DNA of 64,000 nucleotides from Alphaproteobacteria bacterium (GCA_024279475.1 JAJRRM010000114.1:6803-70802); one strand, 5' to 3'; shown: positions 18,201 to 27,430, counted from the first letter of the stretch. Notes: generated by a model from the letters alone, not told the origin. Numbers and translations are program-made.

Positions 18201-18433
18201 GATTTTCCTCCTAAAATTCAAGCATATCATTGCTATAAGTTAAAATTTTCTTAGTAATCCAAATATATAAAACCTTTATATATACCATGAAATATTTTTT
18301 TCTTTTATAAGAACAGCTTTCTCCAAAATTTCTTCTACAAAAGAATGTCTCTTTTACCTATCTTTCTACAAGATTTTTCTATAATTTATACTTTCTAACT
18401 ATAAGTACACGCCTAAATTTCAAGCCTCTAAGT

Positions 18434-18973
18434 TTATTTTTTCTTTCTAAAAGAGTCTATGGAAACTACCTTTGCCGACCTATCTTTCTTTTTTATATCC
18501 TTATTAGATTTTGTTGACTTCTTCTTATTTATAGTCTTTAAACCTGTCTTCTTTTTTTCAAGAAAAACTTCAGCGTTAGGTAAATTTTCTAGTTTTTCTG
18601 GAGAAAGAGCATCTTCCAACTCTTTTGGTGTAAATTGTAAACCAAACTTTACAGAAGGATCAACAAATCCTGTAATAGAACCAAATGGCACAATAATATT
18701 TTCTTTAATATCATTAAAGCTTAAGGAAATTGAAAAGCCTACATCTGTAACCAACAAATCCCAGAACTGGTACTGTAAAACAATCGTCACTTCCTCAGGA
18801 TGGCGCTCCTTCAGATAATCTGTCATCTTCACACCAGGATAATTAGTTTGGAAGGTAATATACAGGTGATGGTTTCCAAATAAACCATTCTCTTTTACAT
18901 CCTCTAGAATGGTTTTTACCACACCTCTTAAAGCATCTTGTACTATATCTTCATATTGCATGGTCACGAGCAC
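18434..18973 (-). CDS. sspB: alpha-proteobacterial SspB (ClpXP specificity-enhancing adaptor)
   Basis: YEDIVQDALRGVV...HHLYITFQTNYPGVKM...EEVTIVLQYQFWDL...VPFGSITGFVDPSVKFGLQF matches the SspB-alpha family as I recall it. GTG at 18973 or ATG at 18961 are both possible starts. Confidence 0.8.
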   Translation of the reverse strand: MLVTMQYEDIVQDALRGVVKTILEDVKENGLFGNHHLYITFQTNYPGVKMTDYLKERHPEEVTIVLQYQFWDLLVTDVGFSISLSFNDIKENIIVPFGSITGFVDPSVKFGLQFTPKELEDALSPEKLENLPNAEVFLEKKKTGLKTINKKKSTKSNKDIKKKDRSAKVVSIDSFRKKK

Positions 18974-18999
18974 TTACCTCTATCATTATGATGTGAGTA

Positions 19000-19375
19000 T
19001 ACTACTTAACACCTATTTCTGCCAGCGCATTTATGAGGGGCTTCTGTTGCCCGGCCCCCTCAAACCGCGCATCGGGATATACCCAATGACTTATGCTGCA
19101 GCAGCAACTCTTCGGAATAAACCCTCAGAGTTGTCATTAACAGCAGAAGCAAGGATAACGACATTGTCGTTAGCCACTGCTAGTTTTTTTCTTTCGACAT
19201 TTATAGTGTCTAGTCCGATATCGGTGGTACCATGCCGAGCGAAAACAATATCTTTACTACACATGTCGAGCCTATTTCATCCCCAGTATTTTATTGGTGG
19301 AGATGCCGGGTACCGCCCCCGGGTCCATAATGCTTATTCCATACGAAATTTATCGCCATAGTAAGACTTACACCC
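19000..19375 (-). ncRNA. ssrA: two-piece (circularly permuted) tmRNA; outer ends approximate
   Basis: On the minus strand the T-arm is CCGGG-GGCGGUA-CCCGG, then acceptor strand CAUCUCC, discriminator A and CCA (terminal A at 19295). A 10-nt spacer follows, then GGGGAUGAAAUAGGCUCGAC (19284 downward). The acceptor stem forms with G3:U70. The tag ORF at 19174..19091 reads ANDNVVILASAVNDNSEGLFRRVAAAA*. This is the most GC-rich non-coding island in the window. Confidence 0.85.
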
Positions 19376-19607
19376 TACATATATATATATAGTATAAAAT
19401 ACTACAAATTTAAAGGGGCAATGCTAAAAAATATGATACATTACTCCTCTTATGGATGGATTTCTCTATTTTTTACTATCCTCTACAGAGATTTGCTCTA
19501 TATTAGCACTAAGTAACAACAAAAACCCTTAAATTCATTTTCTATCTTGGCTTTTCCTCTAAAAAACATTAAAACTACGAAAACTAGGTTAAAAAACAGG
19601 ACAAAAA

Positions 19608-21611
19608 GTGAGCCTATCAAAAATAAATACAAAAAAACGTATGGCAAATGCAGTGCGTTTTCTTTCAGTAGATGCTGTGAATGCCGCTAATTCAGGGCAC
19701 CCTGGCATGCCACTTGGCATAGCAGATGTGGCTACTGTTTTATTTTCTGACTTCCTTGTTTTCAACCCAAAAGATCCTTCTTGGCCTAACCGTGACCGCT
19801 TTATCTTAAGTGCTGGTCATGGGTCAGCTCTACTCTACAGTCTATTACACCTTACAGGCTATTCAGCTATAACTCTGGAAGAACTGAAAAATTTTCGTCA
19901 ACTTGGCAGCTTAACACCAGGCCACCCAGAAGCTAACCACACGCCTGGCGTTGAAACAACTACTGGTCCACTAGGGCAAGGACTTGCCAATGCTGTAGGC
20001 ATGGCCTTGGGAGAAGCTCTTATGGCTAGTCGTTTCGGAAAAGATATAGCAAATCACTATACTTATACAATTGTAGGAGATGGCTGCCTGATGGAAGGCC
20101 TTTCTCAAGAAGCCATTTCTCTAGCTGGACACCTGAAGCTTAGAAAATTAATCGTTCTTTTTGATGACAATGGCATTACCATTGATGGAAAAACAGATCT
20201 TTCTACTAGTGAAGATACAATTAAACGTTTTAAATCATGTGGTTGGGCAACTCACTCTATTGATGGTCACGACTATGAAGCCATTTCTGCAGCTCTTGAA
20301 AATGCAAAAAAAGAAGACAAACCAAGCCTTATTTCATGTAAAACTATTATTGGTTTTGGAGCACCAAACAAGCAAGGATCTAATAAAGCACACGGATCCC
20401 CTCTCGGAAAAGAAGAGCGAGAAGCTCTGAAAAATAGCCTGCATTGGGCTCATGATCCTTTTGACATACAGGATGAAATCTACAACGATTGGACTTCTTC
20501 TTTAAAACGCTGCGAGAAAATCTACACAAACTGGCAAAAATCTATAGCCAACAAGCCCCATCAAGAGCGCAAAGATTTTGAATGCTTTCTTAATAAAGAG
20601 CCAAACAAAGGCTTACAATCCGCTATAGAAAACTATTTTATAGAAATTTTAGAGAAAGGTTCCTGCAAAGCAACACGCCAAGATTCTCAAAAATCTTTAG
20701 AAGTTTTAACAAAATATATTCCTCAACTGATTGGGGGTTCTGCTGACCTCACAACCTCCAATAATACAAAGTCTAGCATGCAAAAGGATATAACATCAAA
20801 AGATTTCTCCGGATCTTACATTAACTATGGCATTCGTGAACATGCCATGGGGGCTATTATGAATGGTTTATCCTTATATGGAGGTTTCATTCCCTATGGC
20901 GGTACATTTCTAACATTTACTGACTATATGAGACCAGCTATACGCCTCTCTGCGCTGATGGGTGCACAAGTCATTTATGTCATGACACATGATTCTATTG
21001 GGCTTGGCGAAGATGGCCCCACGCACCAGCCTATAGAACATCTAGCATCATTACGAGCTATACCTAACCTGTACGTTTTTAGGCCTTGTGACGCTGTAGA
21101 AACAATGGAATCTTGGCAAGCAGCTCTTTCTTTAGACCGTTCTTCCTCTGTTTTAGCCCTCTCGCGCCAAGCCCTTCCTTTATCTCGTAAAGAACCAAAG
21201 AAAGAAAATCTAACACTGCGCGGTGGATACATTATATCTGAATCAATAACTGTGCAATCAACTATAGCTCTTTTAGCAACAGGATCTGAAGTGCATTTAG
21301 CCCTAAAAGTTCAAGCAGCGCTGAAAGATAAAAATATATCTGCCTATGTTGTTTCTATACCCTGTTTTGAGCTATTTAATAAACAGTCTGCTACTTACAA
21401 AGAAAGAGTTTTAGGAAATGCTTCTGTCTTAAAAGTAAGCATTGAAGCTGGTGTTTCTCTTGGTTGGGATAAATATGTTGGCGACAAAGGTCTAATAATT
21501 TCCATAGATACTTTTGGTGCCTCAGCACCAGCAGACACTTTATTTAAACACTTTGGTTTTACAACAGAAGCTATAGTGAAAAAAATATGTACGCAACTAA
21601 ATGAGAAATAG
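19608..21611 (+). CDS. tkt: transketolase
   Basis: GHPGMPLG, the GDGCLMEG TPP motif and THDSIGLGEDGPTHQP. GTG start. Confidence 0.9.
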   Translation: MSLSKINTKKRMANAVRFLSVDAVNAANSGHPGMPLGIADVATVLFSDFLVFNPKDPSWPNRDRFILSAGHGSALLYSLLHLTGYSAITLEELKNFRQLGSLTPGHPEANHTPGVETTTGPLGQGLANAVGMALGEALMASRFGKDIANHYTYTIVGDGCLMEGLSQEAISLAGHLKLRKLIVLFDDNGITIDGKTDLSTSEDTIKRFKSCGWATHSIDGHDYEAISAALENAKKEDKPSLISCKTIIGFGAPNKQGSNKAHGSPLGKEEREALKNSLHWAHDPFDIQDEIYNDWTSSLKRCEKIYTNWQKSIANKPHQERKDFECFLNKEPNKGLQSAIENYFIEILEKGSCKATRQDSQKSLEVLTKYIPQLIGGSADLTTSNNTKSSMQKDITSKDFSGSYINYGIREHAMGAIMNGLSLYGGFIPYGGTFLTFTDYMRPAIRLSALMGAQVIYVMTHDSIGLGEDGPTHQPIEHLASLRAIPNLYVFRPCDAVETMESWQAALSLDRSSSVLALSRQALPLSRKEPKKENLTLRGGYIISESITVQSTIALLATGSEVHLALKVQAALKDKNISAYVVSIPCFELFNKQSATYKERVLGNASVLKVSIEAGVSLGWDKYVGDKGLIISIDTFGASAPADTLFKHFGFTTEAIVKKICTQLNEK

Positions 21612-21638
21612 TAAAAACTATATAAGGATGCCAAAAAT

Positions 21639-22649
21639 ATGACCTTACGTATTGCCATAAATGGCTTTGGCCGCATCGGTCGCCTTATTCTACGATCCCT
21701 CGTTGAATCTGGGCGTAAAGATATGGAAATCACCGCTATAAACGATCTAGGTACAGTAAAAGACAATGCTTTTATGTTAAAGTATGATTCCGTCCATGGT
21801 ACTTTTCCAAAAGAAATTAAAACCCAAGACAATACACTTATAGTAGATGGTAAAAAAATTTCTGTAACAGCAGAATCAAAGCCTGAAAAATTGCCCTGGA
21901 AAGAGAAAAATATTGACATTGTTTTTGAATGTTCTGGTCAATTTACAAACTGCACATCTGCTATAAAGCATCTAGAGGCTGGAGCAAAGAAAGTATTGAT
22001 ATCAGCACCTGCAAAAAATGTTGATCTCACTGTTGTTTATGGTGTAAATCAGGACAAAATAAAAGAAAATGATAAAATTATTTCCAATGCCTCTTGCACC
22101 ACAAACTGTTTAGCTCCTATAGCTCAAGTGCTAAATAAAAATTTTGATATCCAACATGGTTTCATGACTACTATCCATGCTTATACTAGTGACCAACGCT
22201 TGGTGGACACCCTTCATAATGATCCACGCCGCTCTCGAGCTGCTCCTTTATCTATAATTCCTACATCTACGGGCGCGGCTAAAACTATAGGCCTTATTTT
22301 ACCTGAACTAGATGGCAAACTAAGCGGAACTGCTATCCGCGTTCCAACACCTAACGTGTCCATGATTGATTTTTCATTTACTACAGGAAAGAGGTGTACT
22401 AAAGATGAAATAAATAATGCTATTATTCAAGCTAGTAAACAAGCTTCCCTAAAAAATATTTTGATTACAAACCAAGATCCTCTTGTCTCTATTGATTTTA
22501 ATCACAATAGTGCTAGCTCTATCTTCGACTTAAGCCAAACGCATGTGATTAATGGCACATTTTGCCGCATTCTTGCCTGGTACGACAATGAATGGGGTTT
22601 TTCTAATCGTATGCTGGATACAGCAGCTATTATGGGCAACAACTTATAG
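21639..22649 (+). CDS. gap: glyceraldehyde-3-phosphate dehydrogenase
   Basis: INGFGRIGR, SNASCTTNCLAP and WYDNEWGFS. Confidence 0.9.
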   Translation: MTLRIAINGFGRIGRLILRSLVESGRKDMEITAINDLGTVKDNAFMLKYDSVHGTFPKEIKTQDNTLIVDGKKISVTAESKPEKLPWKEKNIDIVFECSGQFTNCTSAIKHLEAGAKKVLISAPAKNVDLTVVYGVNQDKIKENDKIISNASCTTNCLAPIAQVLNKNFDIQHGFMTTIHAYTSDQRLVDTLHNDPRRSRAAPLSIIPTSTGAAKTIGLILPELDGKLSGTAIRVPTPNVSMIDFSFTTGKRCTKDEINNAIIQASKQASLKNILITNQDPLVSIDFNHNSASSIFDLSQTHVINGTFCRILAWYDNEWGFSNRMLDTAAIMGNNL

Positions 22650-22656
22650 ATATAAT

Positions 22657-23229
22657 ATGGAAAAAAACAATTCCTCTCAAGATATGATAGCCGCTCTCAT
22701 TTCTAAATGTTGTCATGATCTATCCTCACCTTTAACAGGAGCTATGCTAGCTTTTGAAGTAATGAATACAGAATCTTCCGATCCGGAGATGATAGAAATT
22801 ATGAAAAATAGTTTTGACAAACTTTCTCTGCTCCTCAATATATGGCGTAAGTGTTTTGGAAGTTCTAAAAATATGAGTATGTTGCTAAGTGACTTACAAA
22901 AGCTTGCAATATTTAATAAAATAACAATTACATATAGCTCACTTGCCTCTACACTATCTGAAGAAAATCATCAACAGATTACAGAAGCTCTCTGCCTTAT
23001 ACTGTATATATTGCTAAATCATATACATACAGGGCAATCTATTGCAGTTAAGCAAATCAATAATACTATAACTATATCAGCTAGCAATCTCTCTTCTCTA
23101 AAAATTGATCAAGAAAATATCACACCTTCGTCTATTGTGGGTATATCTTTACATCAATTTTTAGAAAAAAATGGCCTAAAACTTTCTCTTAGAAATAACC
23201 ATGCAACTCTCTCTTTTTTAGAGTCTTAA
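22657..23229 (+). CDS. chpT: ChpT-like histidine phosphotransferase
   Basis: LISKCCHDLSSPLTGA (cf. ChpT LCHDxISP) and ...RKCFGSS. I chose the ATG at 22657, after the gap stop. The track ORF (22552) overlaps gap. Confidence 0.6.
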   Translation: MEKNNSSQDMIAALISKCCHDLSSPLTGAMLAFEVMNTESSDPEMIEIMKNSFDKLSLLLNIWRKCFGSSKNMSMLLSDLQKLAIFNKITITYSSLASTLSEENHQQITEALCLILYILLNHIHTGQSIAVKQINNTITISASNLSSLKIDQENITPSSIVGISLHQFLEKNGLKLSLRNNHATLSFLES

Positions 23230-23780
23230 TATCGTATAGTACAAGCTTTATCTCATCTGTTAAAAAAGCTAAGAAACTTCATTTCCAGAGCATGCTCTTT
23301 CATACAGATCACAGTTTCAACGTAAAACATTTGAATACTACTCCATCTCCATCAGTAGTATTGCAGCTGTAATGGCGATTTTATTAATAAGATCAGATGA
23401 GCCCCCTGCACTAGTGTAAACTCTTTATATTCTTCAATAGTTTTTTAATCCTCTTTCCAGAGGTCTCCTTTTCTTACCTAAGTGCGTTAATCAATAAAGA
23501 TAAATACTTAGCTCCTATATCCACCCTCTTCAAGAAAATCTCTTATGGTTGGAAATAGCTTAGATAAACTTGTTTCTACCATGGTTCTTTTTCTAATAGT
23601 ATAAATCTACAAAATAACTTTTCTTCTATTGATCTGTTCCCCATAAACTGAAACATTTAAAATTAGTGTCTGAAATAATACTATATCTATAGGTCTCAAT
23701 ATCTTACTTTTTTCTTTATTTTTCTACAGGACAATAAAATTTTATCACCCTAAAATATCCTTAAAATGTAAAAATGATAT

Positions 23781-23820
23781 AAAAAACCATAAAATACCAT
23801 TGCATCCCATCTTAACCCAT
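23781..23820 (+). promoter_or_regulatory. four direct (A/C)CCAT repeats at exact 10-bp spacing upstream of mraZ (candidate MraZ operator)
   Basis: aaaaaACCAT aaaatACCAT tgcatCCCAT cttaaCCCAT. On the opposite strand this reads ATGGG/ATGGT-N5. It is preceded by phased A-tracts and followed by a TATACT/TACTAA -10-like element. Confidence 0.45.
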
Positions 23821-23880
23821 GATATGATCACTTATACTAATAAGAAAATTGAATAAAGAAAAATTTAAGGGATCGGAACG

Positions 23881-24345
23881 TTGGCTCTATTTTTATCAAC
23901 GTATATTAATAAAATTGATAAGAAAGGACGCATTTCCGTTCCCGCTCTTTTTAGGCAATCTCTCTCTTCTAAAATTTTTTCTGGACTGATCGTTTTTCGT
24001 TCTTATAAGTATGCTGCTCTTGAGGGATGTACAATGGATCGCATGGAACAACTAAGCAAAAGTGTCGATCAGTTTGACCAATTTTCTGATGCTTATGATG
24101 AAGTTTCCTCCACTATTTTTGCAGATGCACATCAACTTTCTTTCGATAATGAGGGTCGTGTGATGCTACCAGAAACCTTGCGTACTTATGCTAATATAGA
24201 ATCACAAGCTGCCTTTGTTGGACGCGGTGCCTCTTTTCAAATTTGGAATCCAACAGATTTTTATTTATTCCAAAAAGAAGCTCGCCAGAAAATTCTCTCC
24301 AATAAAACTACTTTCAAAATTAATCCTCAACAAAATAGTGAGTAA
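23881..24345 (+). CDS. mraZ: division/cell wall cluster transcriptional regulator MraZ
   Basis: TTG start. INKIDKKGRISVPALFR and the second half DNEGRVMLPETLR are the duplicated MraZ/SpoVT-AbrB motifs. Confidence 0.85.
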   Translation: MALFLSTYINKIDKKGRISVPALFRQSLSSKIFSGLIVFRSYKYAALEGCTMDRMEQLSKSVDQFDQFSDAYDEVSSTIFADAHQLSFDNEGRVMLPETLRTYANIESQAAFVGRGASFQIWNPTDFYLFQKEARQKILSNKTTFKINPQQNSE

Positions 24346-25320
24346 GTGATGATGACAATTTCTAACACTTCTTCCCACTATCCTGTGATGCTAAATGAAG
24401 TTATTTTTTCTTTAAATATTAAAAAAAATGGTATTTATGTTGATGGTACTTATGGTGTTGGCGGATATACTAATGCTATATTAGATCAAGGAGCAAAGCA
24501 TGTGGTTGCCATTGATCAAGATCCAGATGCTAAAAAAAGATCTACTGCCACCAAAAAAAAATATGGCCCTGCCTTTACTTTTCTCCATGGAAATTTCAAA
24601 AATTTAAAGAACCTTTTAAACGATATTGGTGTAGATCATGTAGATGGCATTGTACTAGATCTAGGGGTTTCTTCACCTCAATTGGATGAAGCAGAACGTG
24701 GGTTTTCTTTTAAAAAAGAAGGCCCTCTAGATATGCGTATGAGCCAAAAAGGCCCTGATGCAGCAGAATTAGTTAATAACGCTTCAGAACAAGATCTAGC
24801 TACTATTTTTTGGCGTTATGGCGAAGAACGAAAATCTTATAAAATTGCCAGAGCTATTATTGCTGCTCGTGATGAAATTCCGTTATCTACCACTACTCAA
24901 TTAGCAGATATCATCAAAAATACCTTCTCTCAAAAAGAGAAAGCAAAGATGAAAATTCATCCAGCTACACGTTGTTTTCAAGCATTACGTATTTATTTAA
25001 ACGAAGAACTTTCTTCTCTTGAAAGTTCTCTTTCTCAAAGCATTAATATTCTTAATGACAAAGGACGCTTGCTTGTCGTTACTTTTCACTCACTAGAAGA
25101 CCGCATAGTTAAAAGATTCATAAAAGAGCAAAGTGGGCAAAAAGCCTCTACGATGCCAAAAGATTTGCAAAAAAACATATCCACATTCAAAGCAATTACA
25201 AAAAAGCCAATTTTACCGACAGAAGAAGAATGTGCAGAAAATTCACGCTCTCGATCTGCCAAGTTACGCGTTGCTCAACGATATATTAAACAACAACAAT
25301 TATATAAAAAAGAAAGTTAA
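24346..25320 (+). CDS. rsmH: 16S rRNA (cytosine1402-N4)-methyltransferase
   Basis: HYPVMLNEV, DGTYGVGGYT, DLGVSSPQLD and FHSLEDRIVK. Confidence 0.9.
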   Translation: MMMTISNTSSHYPVMLNEVIFSLNIKKNGIYVDGTYGVGGYTNAILDQGAKHVVAIDQDPDAKKRSTATKKKYGPAFTFLHGNFKNLKNLLNDIGVDHVDGIVLDLGVSSPQLDEAERGFSFKKEGPLDMRMSQKGPDAAELVNNASEQDLATIFWRYGEERKSYKIARAIIAARDEIPLSTTTQLADIIKNTFSQKEKAKMKIHPATRCFQALRIYLNEELSSLESSLSQSINILNDKGRLLVVTFHSLEDRIVKRFIKEQSGQKASTMPKDLQKNISTFKAITKKPILPTEEECAENSRSRSAKLRVAQRYIKQQQLYKKES

Positions 25321-25323
25321 AAA

Positions 25324-25701
25324 ATGACTCGTATTCTCTCTCAATTTTGGATGATAGCTATTAGTTTAAATCTCTCTCTAGCTTGTGCTCTATATCATAT
25401 AAAATATAAAGTTATAGACTTAGAACACAGTCATTTGGCCTTACAAAAAAAATATAATATACTCTCTGAATCCAATCACACACTAAATGCTGAGTATACT
25501 TTCCTTTCTAACCCTAAACGGCTAGCTACCTTAGCAAAAAAATACTTAGATAAGAAATATACCAATCCTGTACATTTACAACATGTCTCAGTTGTCAAAC
25601 TTGCTCATGTGCTTGATTTAAAATCTGTTTCTAGTAATCCTATTCCTCGCAATCAAAAAGTATATTCTATACGTCTTGCATCTTATCAGCAACCACGTTA
25701 A
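25324..25701 (+). CDS. ftsL: cell division protein FtsL (alphaproteobacterial type)
   Basis: Single TM helix plus coiled coil, ...LNAEYTFLSNPKRLATLAKKYL. Sits in the conserved position between rsmH and ftsI. Confidence 0.65.
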   Translation: MTRILSQFWMIAISLNLSLACALYHIKYKVIDLEHSHLALQKKYNILSESNHTLNAEYTFLSNPKRLATLAKKYLDKKYTNPVHLQHVSVVKLAHVLDLKSVSSNPIPRNQKVYSIRLASYQQPR

Positions 25702-25710
25702 TAATTAGTA

Positions 25711-27423
25711 ATGAAACTTCGTCAAGTACGTGACCTTTCCCATACTGAGAAGAGGCCCAAACGAGCTGAACTTTCAGCCTTAGGTGAAGCACGTTTTAAA
25801 CTCACTATTCTTGGTATTGTTTTTTTAATAGCCTATAGCCTTATTGCCTTTAGGCTTATTGAACTCGGTTTTTACTGTGTTATGGGTACAAAGATAGATT
25901 CGTACTCTTCTCCTTTTTTTCAAATAAAGAGAGCTAACATCATTGATGTTCGTGGCACAACTATTGCTACAAATCTTATAACAGCTTCCGTTTTTGCAAA
26001 GCCAAAAGAACTCCTAGATATTGATGAAGTAGCAAAAAAACTCCCCTCTGTTCTAACAAATTTAAACTCAAAAGAAATTCGAAAAAAGCTTGATAAAAGA
26101 AAAGATTTTGTTTGGCTTGCACGTAACATTACCCCTCTTCAACAAATGAAAATTTTAAAACTAGGATTACCTGGTATTGACTTTTTTCAAGAAGAAAAAC
26201 GTATGTATCCTCATGGAAGCATAGGCGCTCATATTATTGGTTTCACAGATGTTGACAACAAGGGCCTAGCTGGAATTGAGCGCTTTTTTAATGAGCAATT
26301 ACTTAACTCTGACACTGTAGTACAATTAACTATTGATATGCGCATTCAAACCGCTGTTGAAAATGAGATTTTTCAGGCTGTAAAAAAATTTAAGGCAAAT
26401 GGTGGAAATTCCATTGTTATGGATGCTAATACCGGTGAGATTTTAGCTATGGCTACTTTTCCCACCTATAATCCAAACTTGCCAAGTAAAATAAAAAAAG
26501 AGACGCTTTTTGATTCTAATACTTTAGGTGTTTATGACCTTGGCTCTATTTTTAAAATTTTCACAGCAGCCATTGCCTTAGATACAAAAAAAATTACTCT
26601 TGAAGATGGCTATGATGCCACAAATCCTATCCGTATTGCTGGATTCACTATATCTGACTATTTAGGCGGTGAAAAAAGATGGCTCTCTATACCTGAAATA
26701 ATTTTGTATTCTTCAAATATAGGCTCAGCAAAAATGGCAATGGACGCTGGTACTCAAGCGCAGAAAAGTTTTTTTAAGCGCCTTGGATTTTTTGAAAAGG
26801 TTCCTATAGAGCTGCTCGAACTCAGCACACCTATACTTTCTCAATCCTGGGGGGATGTAGCTACCATGACTATTTCTTACGGTTATGGATTAGCTGTTAG
26901 CCCTTTACATATAGTACGTGGCTTTGCTGCACTAGTTAACGGCGGATACCTTGTTAAACCTACTCTTATAAAAGCTAATATATCTCCTATTAAAACTCAA
27001 GTGATTTCAGAAACTACATCAAAAGATATACGCCGACTTCTTCATTTAGTTGTACAAAAAGGAACTTCTAAAAAAGCACGTATTCCTGGATATTTTGTTG
27101 GGGGAAAAACAGGAACAGCAGAAAAACGTAACGTAGGAGGTAAGGGTTTTCTTAAAAAAGCTAACATAACTTCCTTCTTAGGAGCTTTTCCTATTCATAA
27201 GCCAAAATACATTATATATGTACAGTTAGATGATCCAAAAGGTGTTAAAGAAACCCATGGTTTCCGAGCTGCTGGATGGAATGCAGCACCAACAGCTAGT
27301 GCCATTATCAAACGTATTATTCCTTTACTTAACATCTTGCCAGAAGATGAAAATGACCCTAGTATACACAAGTTTCTTAACATTAACTTATCACCTAAAG
27401 TATTCTCTTCATCAGCAGGATAA
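25711..27423 (+). CDS. ftsI: peptidoglycan D,D-transpeptidase FtsI (PBP3)
   Basis: Transpeptidase motifs are present (SIFK = SxxK, SSN, KTGT). Position in the dcw cluster fits. Confidence 0.85.
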   Translation: MKLRQVRDLSHTEKRPKRAELSALGEARFKLTILGIVFLIAYSLIAFRLIELGFYCVMGTKIDSYSSPFFQIKRANIIDVRGTTIATNLITASVFAKPKELLDIDEVAKKLPSVLTNLNSKEIRKKLDKRKDFVWLARNITPLQQMKILKLGLPGIDFFQEEKRMYPHGSIGAHIIGFTDVDNKGLAGIERFFNEQLLNSDTVVQLTIDMRIQTAVENEIFQAVKKFKANGGNSIVMDANTGEILAMATFPTYNPNLPSKIKKETLFDSNTLGVYDLGSIFKIFTAAIALDTKKITLEDGYDATNPIRIAGFTISDYLGGEKRWLSIPEIILYSSNIGSAKMAMDAGTQAQKSFFKRLGFFEKVPIELLELSTPILSQSWGDVATMTISYGYGLAVSPLHIVRGFAALVNGGYLVKPTLIKANISPIKTQVISETTSKDIRRLLHLVVQKGTSKKARIPGYFVGGKTGTAEKRNVGGKGFLKKANITSFLGAFPIHKPKYIIYVQLDDPKGVKETHGFRAAGWNAAPTASAIIKRIIPLLNILPEDENDPSIHKFLNINLSPKVFSSSAG

Positions 27424-27430
27424 ATAACAA

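Noticed and set aside
18909-19361. 150-aa plus-strand ORF.
   Set aside because: It lies entirely over the tmRNA gene, and the GC-rich structured RNA explains the open frame.
19379-19390. (AT)6 microsatellite here, and (AAT)4 at 57763..57774.
   Set aside because: These are trivial low-complexity runs expected in AT-rich intergenic DNA. The (AT)6 run may simply be part of the ssrA -10 region.
21395-21919. 174-aa minus-strand ORF spanning the tkt/gap junction.
   Set aside because: It is antisense to two strongly supported housekeeping genes and has no motifs.
22552-22656. N-terminal extensions of track ORFs: the chpT ORF here, plus 53533..53661 for rpoZ, 47751..47813 for the CinA-like gene and 18201..18230 for fumC.
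   Set aside because: The extensions overlap upstream genes or add non-homologous residues. Internal ATGs give N-termini that match the protein families, and for fumC the internal ATG has a good SD.
23512-23526. DnaA-box-like TATATCCACC.
   Set aside because: It is a single near-match without clustered boxes or an AT-rich unwinding element pattern, so there is no support for an origin.
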